Positions 18,332 to 28,773 of a DNA stretch of 64,000 nucleotides are shown here, piece by piece (the stretch's first letter is position 1; each line of letters opens with the position of its first letter). Below the pieces are notes generated by a model. It was not told where the DNA came from, did no database searches, and saw only the letters and a program-made list of their open reading frames with translations. Made by a program: the position numbers and the translations under genes. The stretch lies in sequence record OR545507.1, one strand, 5' to 3'.

Positions 18332-18649
18332 TTATTCTTTTACCTCATCAGTTTGAATGTATTTTTTGTCAGAGAATGTACCGTGTTCTTTACGCACAGC
18401 TTCTGCATGTTGAACCGCATCAACTGGATTAATGTTCTTTTTAATTAGTACTTCATTCATTAATTCAAGTACAATTGCAAAACCATTCAGCACACGCTCA
18501 GATTCATCTACATTTTTTAATTCAAGTGCTACTGCACTAATTTGATCGAACGCAACATTAATAAAATCGGAATCTTCTAATACATTTGCTACTTCCGTAT
18601 TATTACGTACTAGTACTTTCATATAATCTCCACAAAGATGATGCCCCAT
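18332..18649 (-). CDS. hypothetical protein
   Basis: ORF track; true start probably MKVLV. Confidence 0.6.
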   Translation of the reverse strand: MGHHLCGDYMKVLVRNNTEVANVLEDSDFINVAFDQISAVALELKNVDESERVLNGFAIVLELMNEVLIKKNINPVDAVQHAEAVRKEHGTFSDKKYIQTDEVKE

Positions 18650-18670
18650 ATTGAGGCATCAAAATCTATC

Positions 18671-19366
18671 TTACACCCACTCTTCTACACCACCGCGACG
18701 CTTAACTAAGTACTTGCCTTCTTCGTTACGTGGACCAAGAATAATACCATCAATGAAACCATGTTCACCATATTCAAGTGCTTCTTCTGCATTTAACCAC
18801 AAATCGCGGTCAGCATCTTTTAGTAATTGTTCATGTGATACACCTACAGCTTCTGCAATTTCTTTGGTCAACAATGTATTCAGTGCATCAGAATGTTGTA
18901 GGGAAATCTTCTGGTCTGTAATTAGACCTTGTGTACCAGAACTTACTTGGTGACACATGAAGTATGAGCGTTTACCACCTAAACGGAAACCTTTAGTCCC
19001 AATAACAGATTGTGTATAGCAACCCATTGATGCTGCATAGCCCATTACTACAGTGCGAATTGGCGAAATACAAGACTTAGCAACATCTGCAATACCCAAA
19101 CCTGCGTGTACTGAACCACCCGGTGAACTAATGTAGAATGTAATAGGGGAATCACCTTGTGAGTCTAACCATACCAATTGTTGTTTGATGATATGTGCCA
19201 TTTGATCATTGAAATCAGTATCAAGGAAAATGATACGGTCTTGCATCATACGAGATGCTAGATCATATGTACGTTCTGAACCATTAACTTTCTCAACTAC
19301 GTAAGGAATAGAAATGTTACGTACTTCGCCATTAGCATAACCACCAAACATGAATTGTTCAACCAT
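18671..19366 (-). CDS. clpP: ATP-dependent Clp protease proteolytic subunit
   Basis: DLASRMMQDRIIFL, YISSPGGSV, AASMG (Ser), MCHQ (His). Confidence 0.9.
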   Translation of the reverse strand: MVEQFMFGGYANGEVRNISIPYVVEKVNGSERTYDLASRMMQDRIIFLDTDFNDQMAHIIKQQLVWLDSQGDSPITFYISSPGGSVHAGLGIADVAKSCISPIRTVVMGYAASMGCYTQSVIGTKGFRLGGKRSYFMCHQVSSGTQGLITDQKISLQHSDALNTLLTKEIAEAVGVSHEQLLKDADRDLWLNAEEALEYGEHGFIDGIILGPRNEEGKYLVKRRGGVEEWV

Positions 19367-19400
19367 TATTAATTTCCTCTATTATTTCGTTGTTGTGAGT

Positions 19401-19429
19401 ATTATATCACTAAGATTTAAAATGTCCAA
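19401..19429 (-). promoter_or_regulatory. extended -10 promoter upstream of clpP
   Basis: TTGGAC-17-TATAAT with TG. Confidence 0.55.
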
Positions 19430-19430
19430 A

Positions 19431-19871
19431 CTATTTTACTGGAATATTTGAAAAGAAATCAGTCATCCAATACGCCGTCTCTTTGTTGAATAATACTGGA
19501 TCAAACTTAAGTAACTCAACATGACTTGTATCATACACGCTTGTATCGGTAATGTCAAACAAAGTTTTAGTACTGAATAGTGGATTACTCACTAGAAAGT
19601 AGTAATCAGCAGTAGTGCTAATGTCATCATAAAACACACCGTCATACCATCCATCATCATATACATAAACAGAATCGTCATGAAGATAGTAAACTTCTAT
19701 ATGTAAACTCAAGTTCTTCATGGTTTCAATCATTTTTGCCGTATGAGGATTTAACTTATTGACATTTTCAAACACATAAGAGTGTTTTTTATTCATATCA
19801 ACAAATGAAAATATTCGTACTGAACGTATATTCATATTACTCCAAATAAACAAGTGAATTAATGAAATCAT
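19431..19871 (-). CDS. hypothetical protein
   Basis: ORF track. Confidence 0.55.
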   Translation of the reverse strand: MISLIHLFIWSNMNIRSVRIFSFVDMNKKHSYVFENVNKLNPHTAKMIETMKNLSLHIEVYYLHDDSVYVYDDGWYDGVFYDDISTTADYYFLVSNPLFSTKTLFDITDTSVYDTSHVELLKFDPVLFNKETAYWMTDFFSNIPVK

Positions 19872-20220
19872 ATTTCAATTTATCATCAACATAATTCAAA
19901 TCAACTTTAATCATCGGAGCATGGGAACGTATAGACAGTGTTTCCATAAAGTACTGATTAAGTTTGTATGTATGGAAAAGATGAATATCTCGTTTCAATA
20001 CCACCATTACTTCCCCGAACAGATCACAGAGTTCAACTTCAGTGTTAGTTGGGTCAAACCCATAACGATTCTTTAATGTACGTGGTTCTTTATTTCGATA
20101 ATAATGCACAGCTTTATTACTATTCACTAACAAGTGATGATATGCATTACTATAAACTGAGCAAATAACTCGGCTTGGATAATTGGTATATTCTGGCAGT
20201 TCAAAATAAATTAATGACAC
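19837..20220 (-). CDS. hypothetical protein
   Basis: ORF track. Confidence 0.6.
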   Translation of the reverse strand: MSLIYFELPEYTNYPSRVICSVYSNAYHHLLVNSNKAVHYYRNKEPRTLKNRYGFDPTNTEVELCDLFGEVMVVLKRDIHLFHTYKLNQYFMETLSIRSHAPMIKVDLNYVDDKLKYDFINSLVYLE

Positions 20221-20232
20221 AATATCCTCTCA

Positions 20233-21036
20233 TTAAATTTCAAATACAAATTTAGGATTGTAATCAAAATTCTCACAAGCTCCACTGTATGATTCATAGC
20301 CTCGTGGATTACAAATGATACGTGTCTTACCAATGTGGTAGTCAAAACTACTATGAACATGACCATGAATCCAAACATCAGCACCCAAATCTTCAATGTA
20401 CTGATCCATATCGGAACAGTAACAACCATTCAGTGAATCATTTTTATATTTTGGTGAAACACTTTGATAACTTGGTGCGTGATGGGTAACCACGATGACC
20501 TTGAAATCATTATCATGCATAAAGCGAACTGTGTCAATAGAATTTTTGATAAATTGTTTATCTTTGTGATGCATAAACTCAGTATCATCTGGTGTCAGTT
20601 TCTTACGCCAAGGCTCTGATGTTGTTCCATGACGGATATGTTTGTAATCGTTCATCTTCAGACGAGCATCAAACTTCGTCAAAGAATTACCTTTATCGAA
20701 GTCTGTCCACAGAGTACTACCAACAAGCAGTACTCCGTCCAGCCATACAAATTTGTTTTGCAAAAAGATGAAATTTGGAATCTCATCTTGCATATCGGAC
20801 AGTACTTTATGCGTTTTGTGGATATTGGAACCATAATATTCATGATTGCCAGGAACCAGTACTACATTCTTAAACTGCTTACATAGTGATTCTATACCAG
20901 TACGGTAACGACTGCGTTTAACTTCATCGAAGTCCCCAGCAATAATCAGTACTGTATCACTGTAATCACCACTATGGAGGTAATCAGTCCCACCGTGTAC
21001 ATCAGATGTTACAACAAATTTCATAATCACCTCCAA
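20233..21036 (-). CDS. calcineurin-like metallophosphoesterase
   Basis: SDVH, AGD, PGNHEYY, THHAP, HGHVH. Confidence 0.88.
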   Translation of the reverse strand: MEVIMKFVVTSDVHGGTDYLHSGDYSDTVLIIAGDFDEVKRSRYRTGIESLCKQFKNVVLVPGNHEYYGSNIHKTHKVLSDMQDEIPNFIFLQNKFVWLDGVLLVGSTLWTDFDKGNSLTKFDARLKMNDYKHIRHGTTSEPWRKKLTPDDTEFMHHKDKQFIKNSIDTVRFMHDNDFKVIVVTHHAPSYQSVSPKYKNDSLNGCYCSDMDQYIEDLGADVWIHGHVHSSFDYHIGKTRIICNPRGYESYSGACENFDYNPKFVFEI

Positions 21037-21043
21037 TAAATGG

Positions 21044-22462
21044 TTAACCTAATGCGTCAATAATACTGTTTGAGAACACTTCAACAGCACTCTCACGAAT
21101 TTCTAAGATACGAGTATAATCATCACAAGTGTTTTTGTCAAATCTAAATTCAATAAACACTGGTAAGAACAGTGATGGCTCACCAGTACGCTTGTCGAAT
21201 ACAATGTCATTACACTCAACTGTAACCACTTTACCAATAAGTTCTTGCATTCTTTCCCAAATGGTTTTAAATGTCCATTCAGCATCTTTCTCTTTGATAC
21301 CAGTACCCACATTAACTTTCAATGAACCACAAGCACTTTCCAGTTGTAAAGAACCTAGGCTTCCTTTACGTTTACCTTCACCTTCATTGAAACCAACAAT
21401 ACGTAAGTCCAGTTGCATTTTCAATTTCATTTTCAACTGCTTAGGTGAAGTATGAGATTTCCAGATACCATCTTCACATTTCAGTACTGAACCCTCTTCA
21501 CCTTCGTTCATTAGTTCACTATTGTACTCAAATGCTTCTTTGATGTTTAGAACTTTACGGAATCCAACCATACGAACAAAATCACTATTGAGTTCGTTAA
21601 TTGCATCTACTAAGATCTCGCGACGTTCTTTACGTTTTACATCCCATACACCTTCACAAAATGCATCATATGGAACAACATCCCATAGAACGAATACAGT
21701 ACGCATTGCTTCATTCTGACTGATGCTATCTTTACCAGCTTTCTGAATTATACCGTTGCCAGTAGTGCGTGGGAGAATGGTTTCTCCATCATTGTCCAGT
21801 ACTACACCTTCCCCCATAAAGACTACACCACTACTAAAACGTTCATCTTTACTTTGGATGATGTGAGCAAGACCTGCCATCTCACCATCACGACAACCCA
21901 GGAAGTCGTATAGTTTACCATTACGGGATGTAGAAGTTAATGAACCATTAATGACAACGTGGTTTAAGTACTGACCATCCATTTTCACTTCTGATATAGC
22001 GTAACCATAATCTTTGAAGTTGATGTTCTTTGCAGTCTTTTTGTCAATCAAAGAACAACGCATATATGGTTCGTCTTTGATGAATCCTTTACCAAACACA
22101 TCATTGCAGTTCTTCTCCTGAATACCACAATCAAGGTTCTTAGTGAGCATTCTACGTAGAACTTCCTGATCATCTTCAGATACAGAACCCAGTACTGAAG
22201 CAATGAAATCACGCCCCGCATTTCCTGTCACATCACGCTTGTAAATGCATTCTAGCTTATCAATTGCTTCATCTAACGTCATATGTTGATATACGTCATC
22301 AGCGGCAGGGAGCTTCTTATAGCCACTAACGATAGAAGGGTCTAGAGTATATTTCAGTACTTTTTGTAAAGTTACATTATCTTTATTTTGTTCAAGAATA
22401 GCCTTTTTGCCCAGAGTACTGCTAGTATTTTTAATGCTTTCAAGAATTGCTAAAATGCTCAT
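21044..22462 (-). CDS. ATP-dependent DNA ligase (T4 gp30-like)
   Basis: EVKMDG adenylation motif, EGSVLK, KMKLK, FLPVF. Confidence 0.93.
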   Translation of the reverse strand: MSILAILESIKNTSSTLGKKAILEQNKDNVTLQKVLKYTLDPSIVSGYKKLPAADDVYQHMTLDEAIDKLECIYKRDVTGNAGRDFIASVLGSVSEDDQEVLRRMLTKNLDCGIQEKNCNDVFGKGFIKDEPYMRCSLIDKKTAKNINFKDYGYAISEVKMDGQYLNHVVINGSLTSTSRNGKLYDFLGCRDGEMAGLAHIIQSKDERFSSGVVFMGEGVVLDNDGETILPRTTGNGIIQKAGKDSISQNEAMRTVFVLWDVVPYDAFCEGVWDVKRKERREILVDAINELNSDFVRMVGFRKVLNIKEAFEYNSELMNEGEEGSVLKCEDGIWKSHTSPKQLKMKLKMQLDLRIVGFNEGEGKRKGSLGSLQLESACGSLKVNVGTGIKEKDAEWTFKTIWERMQELIGKVVTVECNDIVFDKRTGEPSLFLPVFIEFRFDKNTCDDYTRILEIRESAVEVFSNSIIDALG

Positions 22463-22473
22463 TGTATATTCCT

Positions 22474-23676
22474 TTATAGATAATACTTTCCAATATAAAG
22501 TGGATTACTAATTGATAGTTGAACGTGACATGGTTTGTCTTGGTAGTAACGAGTGCTTGATGTTTTGCGTTCATTTGGTGGGAAGAATGGGGAACGATAG
22601 CCATTCCATGTACTAAATGATGAGTGTTCATTAATATCAACATCCATTACCATAATCCCATTATCATCAATTTGAACTGGATATGCACTAAAGCGTTCAA
22701 ATTTATCATTATAATGGATATTATAATCTCCACTACGCCCATAATAACTACGCGTTGTATTATTACTTACACCAAAAAATACGCGATATGTTTGTTCATT
22801 ATCTTTAGTCATAAATGGTACGTTCTCGTTGAAACGTCCATTATTCATAAGATCATCAACATTTATTTCTTCGTATTTAATTTTAAGGTCTTTTGCTTTA
22901 AATGATTTATTGTGTACCAGTACTGGAATGTTAGATTCACCTAATGGGTTATGTCTGTTTGTTCTATAGCTTTGCCAAAATTCATTAGCAAGTTTAATTT
23001 CTTCATCTGCCGTAGTCTTCTTATTCAAGAGTGCACGAGGTTCAAGATTGTAATTATCCAAACGTTGATTCAATGCATAAGTTCCACGAGTACTGTTAAA
23101 AAGTAAATGATAAACTGAACTTTTGTCGGGATATGCAAATTCTTTAGTTTTCTTTATACAAATTGCATGTACTTTACCGCAGTAATAGTAATCTTCTTTA
23201 AGATAAGTGAAACCATCACCAACTTTAAGACCTGCTACAGTTTCTTTTTGTTGTTCTTTTTTATTTTCTTTTTCAACTAACTTAGCAAACGTTTTTGTTT
23301 TACCATTAATTAATTCTAAGTTATTGTTGAAAAACATTGGGTCTACAAAAACACCTTTGATTATATCGTTATTGATAATTAAATCATTCATGTTTTTTGC
23401 ACTAATCATAAATTCAAATCCTTCTGGGTGACGGATCGTGAAATATGTTTCTCGTGCATGAGTTGTTAATTTATCAACTACACAAAATCCCGTAGTTGGA
23501 ACGTTGTCAATATATAACGATGGAAGATTGTTCTTCTTTGCCCAGTACTCTGCTCTCTCTTTCTTTGTTTCAAACGCTTTTGTATGTGATTTTGTTGCAT
23601 CGATAATAAAACCATCAACTTGGTTGTGGTTTACATAGGAACGTGCAACAAATAACTTCTCTGGAAAATCCATCAA
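22474..23676 (-). CDS. hypothetical protein
   Basis: 400-aa ORF. Confidence 0.75.
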   Translation of the reverse strand: MMDFPEKLFVARSYVNHNQVDGFIIDATKSHTKAFETKKERAEYWAKKNNLPSLYIDNVPTTGFCVVDKLTTHARETYFTIRHPEGFEFMISAKNMNDLIINNDIIKGVFVDPMFFNNNLELINGKTKTFAKLVEKENKKEQQKETVAGLKVGDGFTYLKEDYYYCGKVHAICIKKTKEFAYPDKSSVYHLLFNSTRGTYALNQRLDNYNLEPRALLNKKTTADEEIKLANEFWQSYRTNRHNPLGESNIPVLVHNKSFKAKDLKIKYEEINVDDLMNNGRFNENVPFMTKDNEQTYRVFFGVSNNTTRSYYGRSGDYNIHYNDKFERFSAYPVQIDDNGIMVMDVDINEHSSFSTWNGYRSPFFPPNERKTSSTRYYQDKPCHVQLSISNPLYIGKYYL

Positions 23677-24092
23677 ATTGTCCTCATTGTGCTGATTGCT
23701 TTTAATGTGTCAAACAATGCACCATATTTTACTTGCATTAGTTGATCACCAGCAGGAAGATTCATACGCATAACAGCCATGTCTTCAATCATTTCAGACG
23801 TACACAGTACTGCTACACAGGTAATAGCATCATTCAATCCAGCTTCATTGAATTTGGCAAACGGAACTTTTCCCTGTTTGCTAAGGTTGTTATAATAAGA
23901 ATTTAACTTATCATGTCCACCAGCATTTAGTACTACAATAGTTTCGTGTTCATAGTACCATTCATCAATAATAGTACTGAAAGCAGTACCTTCATATTCT
24001 TTAATTAGTTTAACACCAGCATGGAATGCTTGAATACCAGCTTGGACACCTTGGCAGTACATATTAGTTAAGCAATACAATTTCATTTCCAT
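23673..24092 (-). CDS. peptidyl-tRNA hydrolase type 2-like protein
   Basis: GIQAFHA, TIVVLNAG, FNEAGLNDAITCVAV pattern. Confidence 0.55.
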   Translation of the reverse strand: MEMKLYCLTNMYCQGVQAGIQAFHAGVKLIKEYEGTAFSTIIDEWYYEHETIVVLNAGGHDKLNSYYNNLSKQGKVPFAKFNEAGLNDAITCVAVLCTSEMIEDMAVMRMNLPAGDQLMQVKYGALFDTLKAISTMRTI

Positions 24093-24310
24093 ACCTCTTG
24101 TTTTTCTACGTAGCCTTTCCCATCACAGTGTGGACAAGCATAAAAGCTGCGGTAATCTTCTGACGGTACTTGTTGTGTTCCATTACATGTAGGACATACT
24201 TTACGTGCACCAGAAATAATACGTTCATGGTGTTCAGCTTGTTTAGCTGAATCAAAAATACGACCATCTTCAGTTTGGTATTTTTCTACCATAACTTGAA
24301 TTACTTTCAT
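24083..24310 (-). CDS. small protein with DnaJ-type zinc finger
   Basis: CPTCNGT and CPHCDGKG. Confidence 0.7.
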   Translation of the reverse strand: MKVIQVMVEKYQTEDGRIFDSAKQAEHHERIISGARKVCPTCNGTQQVPSEDYRSFYACPHCDGKGYVEKQEVWK

Positions 24311-24320
24311 TTCTATTTCC

Positions 24321-24590
24321 TTATAAAAATGTTAAATCTTCAGTACTTAATTGTGATAATTTACCATCATATTCTATTTCAACATATACATCTTGGTCAT
24401 AAACAGCAACTACACGTTTAATAACTCCAACCTTCACGACATTCTTTTTGTAGTTGAACTCAACTGAACAACCAATAAGTTTATTTGATAGAATCTCACG
24501 TATTTGATTTGCATGGTCTTTTAGGATAGAATTAATAGATTTTTTCATAATATATCTATCATTCAAATATTTTTTAACTACATCATGCAT
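24321..24590 (-). CDS. small paralogue, family B
   Basis: NKLIGCSVEF. Confidence 0.6.
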   Translation of the reverse strand: MHDVVKKYLNDRYIMKKSINSILKDHANQIREILSNKLIGCSVEFNYKKNVVKVGVIKRVVAVYDQDVYVEIEYDGKLSQLSTEDLTFL

Positions 24591-24595
24591 AATTA

Positions 24596-25354
24596 TTACC
24601 TTTTGAAACGATTGAATGAGTACTCATCTTTTTCTTTACGTAAGTATCTCATCCCACCACTTTGTGGAGTAGCGAGAGTTAAGTCACCCGTCAAGAACTG
24701 ACTATCAATCCAAATGCGATTACCGTAAATGAGTGGGTCTGTAACTGCTGTATGTCCACTAAAGACACAATGCACTCCATCTAACTTAGGTGCATAATAT
24801 GTATTATTAGTTCTACAATAATCGAATGTTTTTCTATCCCACAAGCACTTATCAATTATATCAGCACTAAGTGATTTTGTCCCATTAACAAATCGTTCCC
24901 ATGTTGTATATTCCAACGGAACTCCAGCATGAACTAACCCAATCTTCAATCCTCGGTGATTGATTTGGATAATCATAGGGAGATCCTTTAAGTACTGACG
25001 AAAGAATTGAATGCCTGTTCCTCCAACTTCATCAAGGAATTTATCACCACCATTACTTATCCAACAATGATACCAATCTCGAAGTGTTTCCGAATCAACG
25101 CACATCATCTCATGATTACCCGCAATCATGTAACGATTTTCTCCGAACAAAAATTCAAAAAGGAGCTTTGAATTTTGTTCTCCACGGTCGATAATATCAC
25201 CTACACTGAAAACATAATCATTGTGTGTAATACCAAATTCTTTCACTGTAGCATCCCATAGTTTACCATTACCATGCAAATCACCTACAATGTATAAATC
25301 TTTATCATCAGGTACAGTTACTTCTAAGAAGTGTTTCATTATTACTCCAACCAT
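24596..25354 (-). CDS. Ser/Thr protein phosphatase (lambda NinI/PphA-like)
   Basis: GDLHG, VGDIIDRG, GNHE, HAG, GHT. Confidence 0.9.
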   Translation of the reverse strand: MVGVIMKHFLEVTVPDDKDLYIVGDLHGNGKLWDATVKEFGITHNDYVFSVGDIIDRGEQNSKLLFEFLFGENRYMIAGNHEMMCVDSETLRDWYHCWISNGGDKFLDEVGGTGIQFFRQYLKDLPMIIQINHRGLKIGLVHAGVPLEYTTWERFVNGTKSLSADIIDKCLWDRKTFDYCRTNNTYYAPKLDGVHCVFSGHTAVTDPLIYGNRIWIDSQFLTGDLTLATPQSGGMRYLRKEKDEYSFNRFKR

Positions 25355-25593
25355 ATAATATTAGTGTGTTTAGTAACTTGTGTTCCAGCAAAAGAACCAT
25401 CTTTAAGATAAGTATTAATTTTAAAACGCCATTCACCACCACTAATATACATATCAGTAATAATATACTTTCCATACCCTCTGGAGTTTATTAATCGTAC
25501 TTCTTGACCAATATATTTTGGCTTCAGATCATTTATAAAATCATCAGCCAAAGACATAAGATATCGCAAATGTGATAAGTCAGTGTTGAACAT
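25342..25593 (-). CDS. small paralogue, family B
   Basis: PKYIGQEVRL. Confidence 0.6.
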   Translation of the reverse strand: MFNTDLSHLRYLMSLADDFINDLKPKYIGQEVRLINSRGYGKYIITDMYISGGEWRFKINTYLKDGSFAGTQVTKHTNIIWLE

Positions 25594-25808
25594 TATTTCT
25601 TTCTCTTATATTTGTTAATAATATCTTGGGTAAGTGAAATAAAAATATATACTAATGTTACAGGCCAAATAATAGCCATCAGTGCTGCTGTTTGGAGATT
25701 CATGATAATCATGATTTCATCTTTAAAACAACCCCAATTAAGTACTAGAAAGTTGGTTATAAATGTAACAAATGCTACAAAACCATATATTGCAAAAAAT
25801 GTTATCAT
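25593..25808 (-). CDS. small membrane protein
   Basis: Two hydrophobic segments, AAIIWP-like motif. Confidence 0.55.
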   Translation of the reverse strand: MITFFAIYGFVAFVTFITNFLVLNWGCFKDEIMIIMNLQTAALMAIIWPVTLVYIFISLTQDIINKYKRKK

Positions 25809-25810
25809 AA

Positions 25811-26140
25811 TTATTCCTCATCATCCACTAAAACAAGATAATCCAAACTTAACTCGGTATCTATGTAACAATCACAATTCAAGTACTCAATTTCAGCACC
25901 TATAGTTCTCCCATTCTTAAATATCTCAATGATTTTCATTCTAGTATTGGGATTAATGTGTTCAATGTCGTATTCGTATTCAGGGTCAATATACTCACTT
26001 GTCATACGTTTGATGTATTGTTCCGAATATCGTACAGTTTTACCTATAAGATCATTACTCAACGTCTGATAAAAATCATCTTGAATTTTGAATAATGACC
26101 TATAAAAAATATTATGTTGAATTAGTGGTTTCATTGACAT
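25811..26140 (-). CDS. small paralogue, family B
   Basis: NDLIGKTVRY. Confidence 0.6.
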   Translation of the reverse strand: MSMKPLIQHNIFYRSLFKIQDDFYQTLSNDLIGKTVRYSEQYIKRMTSEYIDPEYEYDIEHINPNTRMKIIEIFKNGRTIGAEIEYLNCDCYIDTELSLDYLVLVDDEE

Positions 26141-26781
26141 TAATCACAACTTCCAGACGATGAACTTGAATCAGAACTAGAGCTATCATAGGAACAAGAA
26201 TCAGAGGAAGAACTGCTGTGACGGCTATAATCACTGTAATCATCATTGTTGTAGATTGGTGATGTTACGATTGCTGCTGCGGTCGCTGCCGTTGCAATTT
26301 GTGCAGTATGGTCATGAACACCTAGTTGTGGTTCATCCTTAGATTTACCTTTGTTCTTACCTTTAGTGTAACGAGCTTTCTTTGCAGTTTTAGTATTTTT
26401 CTGTACTTTAGGAGCTTTTGGTTTCACATCTTCAACGACTGGAACTACATTCACTACAACTTTAGGATCAGTTTCTTCAAGTGTATTATACACTTTAACT
26501 TGCATTTGAACTTCAACTTCTTTAACTTCTTCTTTAACTTCTTCTTTAACTTCTGGAATAACTGTTTCTGGTGCTGGAGTGATTTTATCAAGTTCTTTAG
26601 TAATAAAGAAGCTTGTATTTTTCTCACCTAGCATAACAAGAAGACCAATGGCAATCACTGGACTTAGTACTGTACCAAGTACTACATAACCTAGAACACT
26701 TCGGTTATAGTTATATGCAAGCATACCAGAAATAATAATACCGATTACATATGCACTGCTAAGAATAATTGGGGTTAACAT
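26140..26781 (-). CDS. membrane protein with KEEV repeats and Ser/Asp-rich tail
   Basis: Two N-terminal TM segments; C-terminal SSSSSDSCSYDSSSSDSSSSSGSCD. Confidence 0.7.
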   Translation of the reverse strand: MLTPIILSSAYVIGIIISGMLAYNYNRSVLGYVVLGTVLSPVIAIGLLVMLGEKNTSFFITKELDKITPAPETVIPEVKEEVKEEVKEVEVQMQVKVYNTLEETDPKVVVNVVPVVEDVKPKAPKVQKNTKTAKKARYTKGKNKGKSKDEPQLGVHDHTAQIATAATAAAIVTSPIYNNDDYSDYSRHSSSSSDSCSYDSSSSDSSSSSGSCD

Positions 26782-27085
26782 ATTCTACTCCTTTGTATAT
26801 AAATTTACTAACTTCTTCGATGTATAAAGACAACCCTGAACGTTCATTTAGAACTAACCAAGCACCAAAACCACATCGAATCTCGGATATATGAAACTCT
26901 TCTACACTATAAATTGAATACGCGTTAAATGGACATATTTCATCAGATATACTTACCACATAGTTATTATTAATTGAATCTAACACCTGGGTATTGTATA
27001 AATTATTAGTACTGAAAATCTGCATTAACGAGCTAGAAAGCATCTCGGTTGTCTTTTCTAATATTGTTAAAAACGAACCATTCAC
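26759..27085 (-). CDS. hypothetical protein
   Basis: ORF track. Confidence 0.55.
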   Translation of the reverse strand: MNGSFLTILEKTTEMLSSSLMQIFSTNNLYNTQVLDSINNNYVVSISDEICPFNAYSIYSVEEFHISEIRCGFGAWLVLNERSGLSLYIEEVSKFIYKGVEYVNPNYS

Positions 27086-27142
27086 TTCAACTTCTCCCTA
27101 TTGGTGATGTAATCAAATTATATCACCGAATTCTGATACGTC

Positions 27143-27448
27143 TCATGATATTCGCATTTCATCTATATATAATGAACATGATTCAGAATTATCGTCTAAA
27201 CTTAAACCTAAATCGACCATCAAACCGCAATGCGTTCCCCAGAATTTCTTTATGTATAGTTTTTTGCTATTATTACCTAAATCATAAACATATTCATTTT
27301 TAAATATACTTTTTAATTCTTCACATATACATTTTATTATCTTCATTACTTGATTATGATATTCGTATGGTATTCCATCAAGTTCGTTAATTATTAATGC
27401 AAAACCATCATCATAGTACTTAAGTTTATTGAATGTTTGTATATCCAT
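27143..27448 (-). CDS. hypothetical protein
   Basis: ORF track. Confidence 0.55.
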   Translation of the reverse strand: MDIQTFNKLKYYDDGFALIINELDGIPYEYHNQVMKIIKCICEELKSIFKNEYVYDLGNNSKKLYIKKFWGTHCGLMVDLGLSLDDNSESCSLYIDEMRIS

Positions 27449-27745
27449 TTAATATATAATCTCACTAGCTTCTATTGTGTAGACACCATCATCAGTCATT
27501 AATCTAACTGCAACTTTAATATTATTAGACATTCGTGTAACTATCAATCCAATAATTACACCATTCTTTAAAGTACCGTTATGGTATCTTACTTGTACTT
27601 TAGTTTTGTTATCAATTAGGTATCTTCGAATTTGATGAATTTCAGTTCTAAACAGTTCTAAATAAACTTCACTATATTCCTTATCTGAACCGTCTGAACA
27701 CCAGTACAATAAATTTACTTGTTCAAATAATTTTTTTATATTCAT
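27449..27745 (-). CDS. small protein, possibly family B
   Basis: KTKVQVRY...GVIIGL. Confidence 0.55.
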   Translation of the reverse strand: MNIKKLFEQVNLLYWCSDGSDKEYSEVYLELFRTEIHQIRRYLIDNKTKVQVRYHNGTLKNGVIIGLIVTRMSNNIKVAVRLMTDDGVYTIEASEIIY

Positions 27746-28101
27746 AAAAATCTCACAGATTTAATATTACTGGTTACATGATTTACCCAAGTGTTATCGA
27801 ACTTGTAAACAATTGTATTAAGTGATTTATGAAAATTAACCTCGCACACTAATGCCTTGGAACCATTGATTGTACAGACCGTGGATGGTAAGTTGTTTGC
27901 TAATATCTCTTTTTCATCTAAACATAGTGAACTAATACAATCATAATAGAGAGGTTCAAGAACTTTTTCAGTACTGAGAAATTCAAAAGAAAGATCATCT
28001 ATTAGTTTTATGTAATCGAATAAATTATGATAATATTCATTCATTGCAGATCCTTTTAAATTTAGCATTATTAGAATATGTATATGAATGACCGAAATCA
28101 T
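27742..28101 (-). CDS. hypothetical protein
   Basis: ORF track; true start probably MNEYY. Confidence 0.5.
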   Translation of the reverse strand: MISVIHIHILIMLNLKGSAMNEYYHNLFDYIKLIDDLSFEFLSTEKVLEPLYYDCISSLCLDEKEILANNLPSTVCTINGSKALVCEVNFHKSLNTIVYKFDNTWVNHVTSNIKSVRFL

Positions 28102-28291
28102 TTACACCATGTACATTTAGTACACCGTCACTGAAATAAATTCGATCAATAGTGAGTTCACGTTTATAATCCCAATCATCATACCAGCACAGAACACGAA
28201 TACCTTTGTACTTTGTAGTTAAATCATTTTCTAATATAGTCAAGTAATCAATATGACTTTTGAATATCTCTAAGTCCTGCTCAAACATCAT
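28037..28291 (-). CDS. small paralogue, family B
   Basis: TKYKGIRVLC. Confidence 0.6.
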   Translation of the reverse strand: MMFEQDLEIFKSHIDYLTILENDLTTKYKGIRVLCWYDDWDYKRELTIDRIYFSDGVLNVHGVNDFGHSYTYSNNAKFKRICNE

Positions 28292-28548
28292 TGTTCCTCG
28301 TATAATTCTATATCATCAACACCAACTTGGCGAATTGCAGTACTTCTGTTGAATGTATTTTTTTCAAACAAACATACTGTTAAACGTATTTCACACTTCA
28401 ATGCACTATAATAAATCATATCAATAACACCATATGTTTCATACATTTCTACGTATACATTTCGACCTAAATACTTTTCTTCTAAATCAGTAATTAGACT
28501 ATTGATAAGATTACCTATCTGTGTTATATCTGTGTGAAATTTATCCAT
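28288..28548 (-). CDS. small paralogue, family B
   Basis: EKYLGRNVYV. Confidence 0.6.
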   Translation of the reverse strand: MDKFHTDITQIGNLINSLITDLEEKYLGRNVYVEMYETYGVIDMIYYSALKCEIRLTVCLFEKNTFNRSTAIRQVGVDDIELYEEQ

Positions 28549-28743
28549 TATAATAAACCTCTCACATAAAACATTGATGAAAATAGATAATCATCAGTAC
28601 TGGAATTTAGTAGTTTATCAAAACTATAATTTTTATGCTTATTTTCATACAAAGACAATCTATAGTATCGTTCTATATTTTCTAAGTAGTCTTTTTGTAA
28701 TAACATCTGTGTTGTTACATTCACTATAATGTACCTTAAAAGA

Positions 28744-28770
28744 AAAAGGGACCAATATATGATCCCTTTT
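28744..28770 (-). terminator. rho-independent terminator after pseT
   Basis: GGGATCA-n5-TGGTCCC plus T-run. Confidence 0.7.
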
Positions 28771-28773
28771 GTA

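Noticed and set aside
28549-28740. Possible frameshifted small pseudogene (MLLQKDY... / ...DKLLNSSTDDY...)
   Set aside because: Only short AT-rich frames, with no homologue recognisable.
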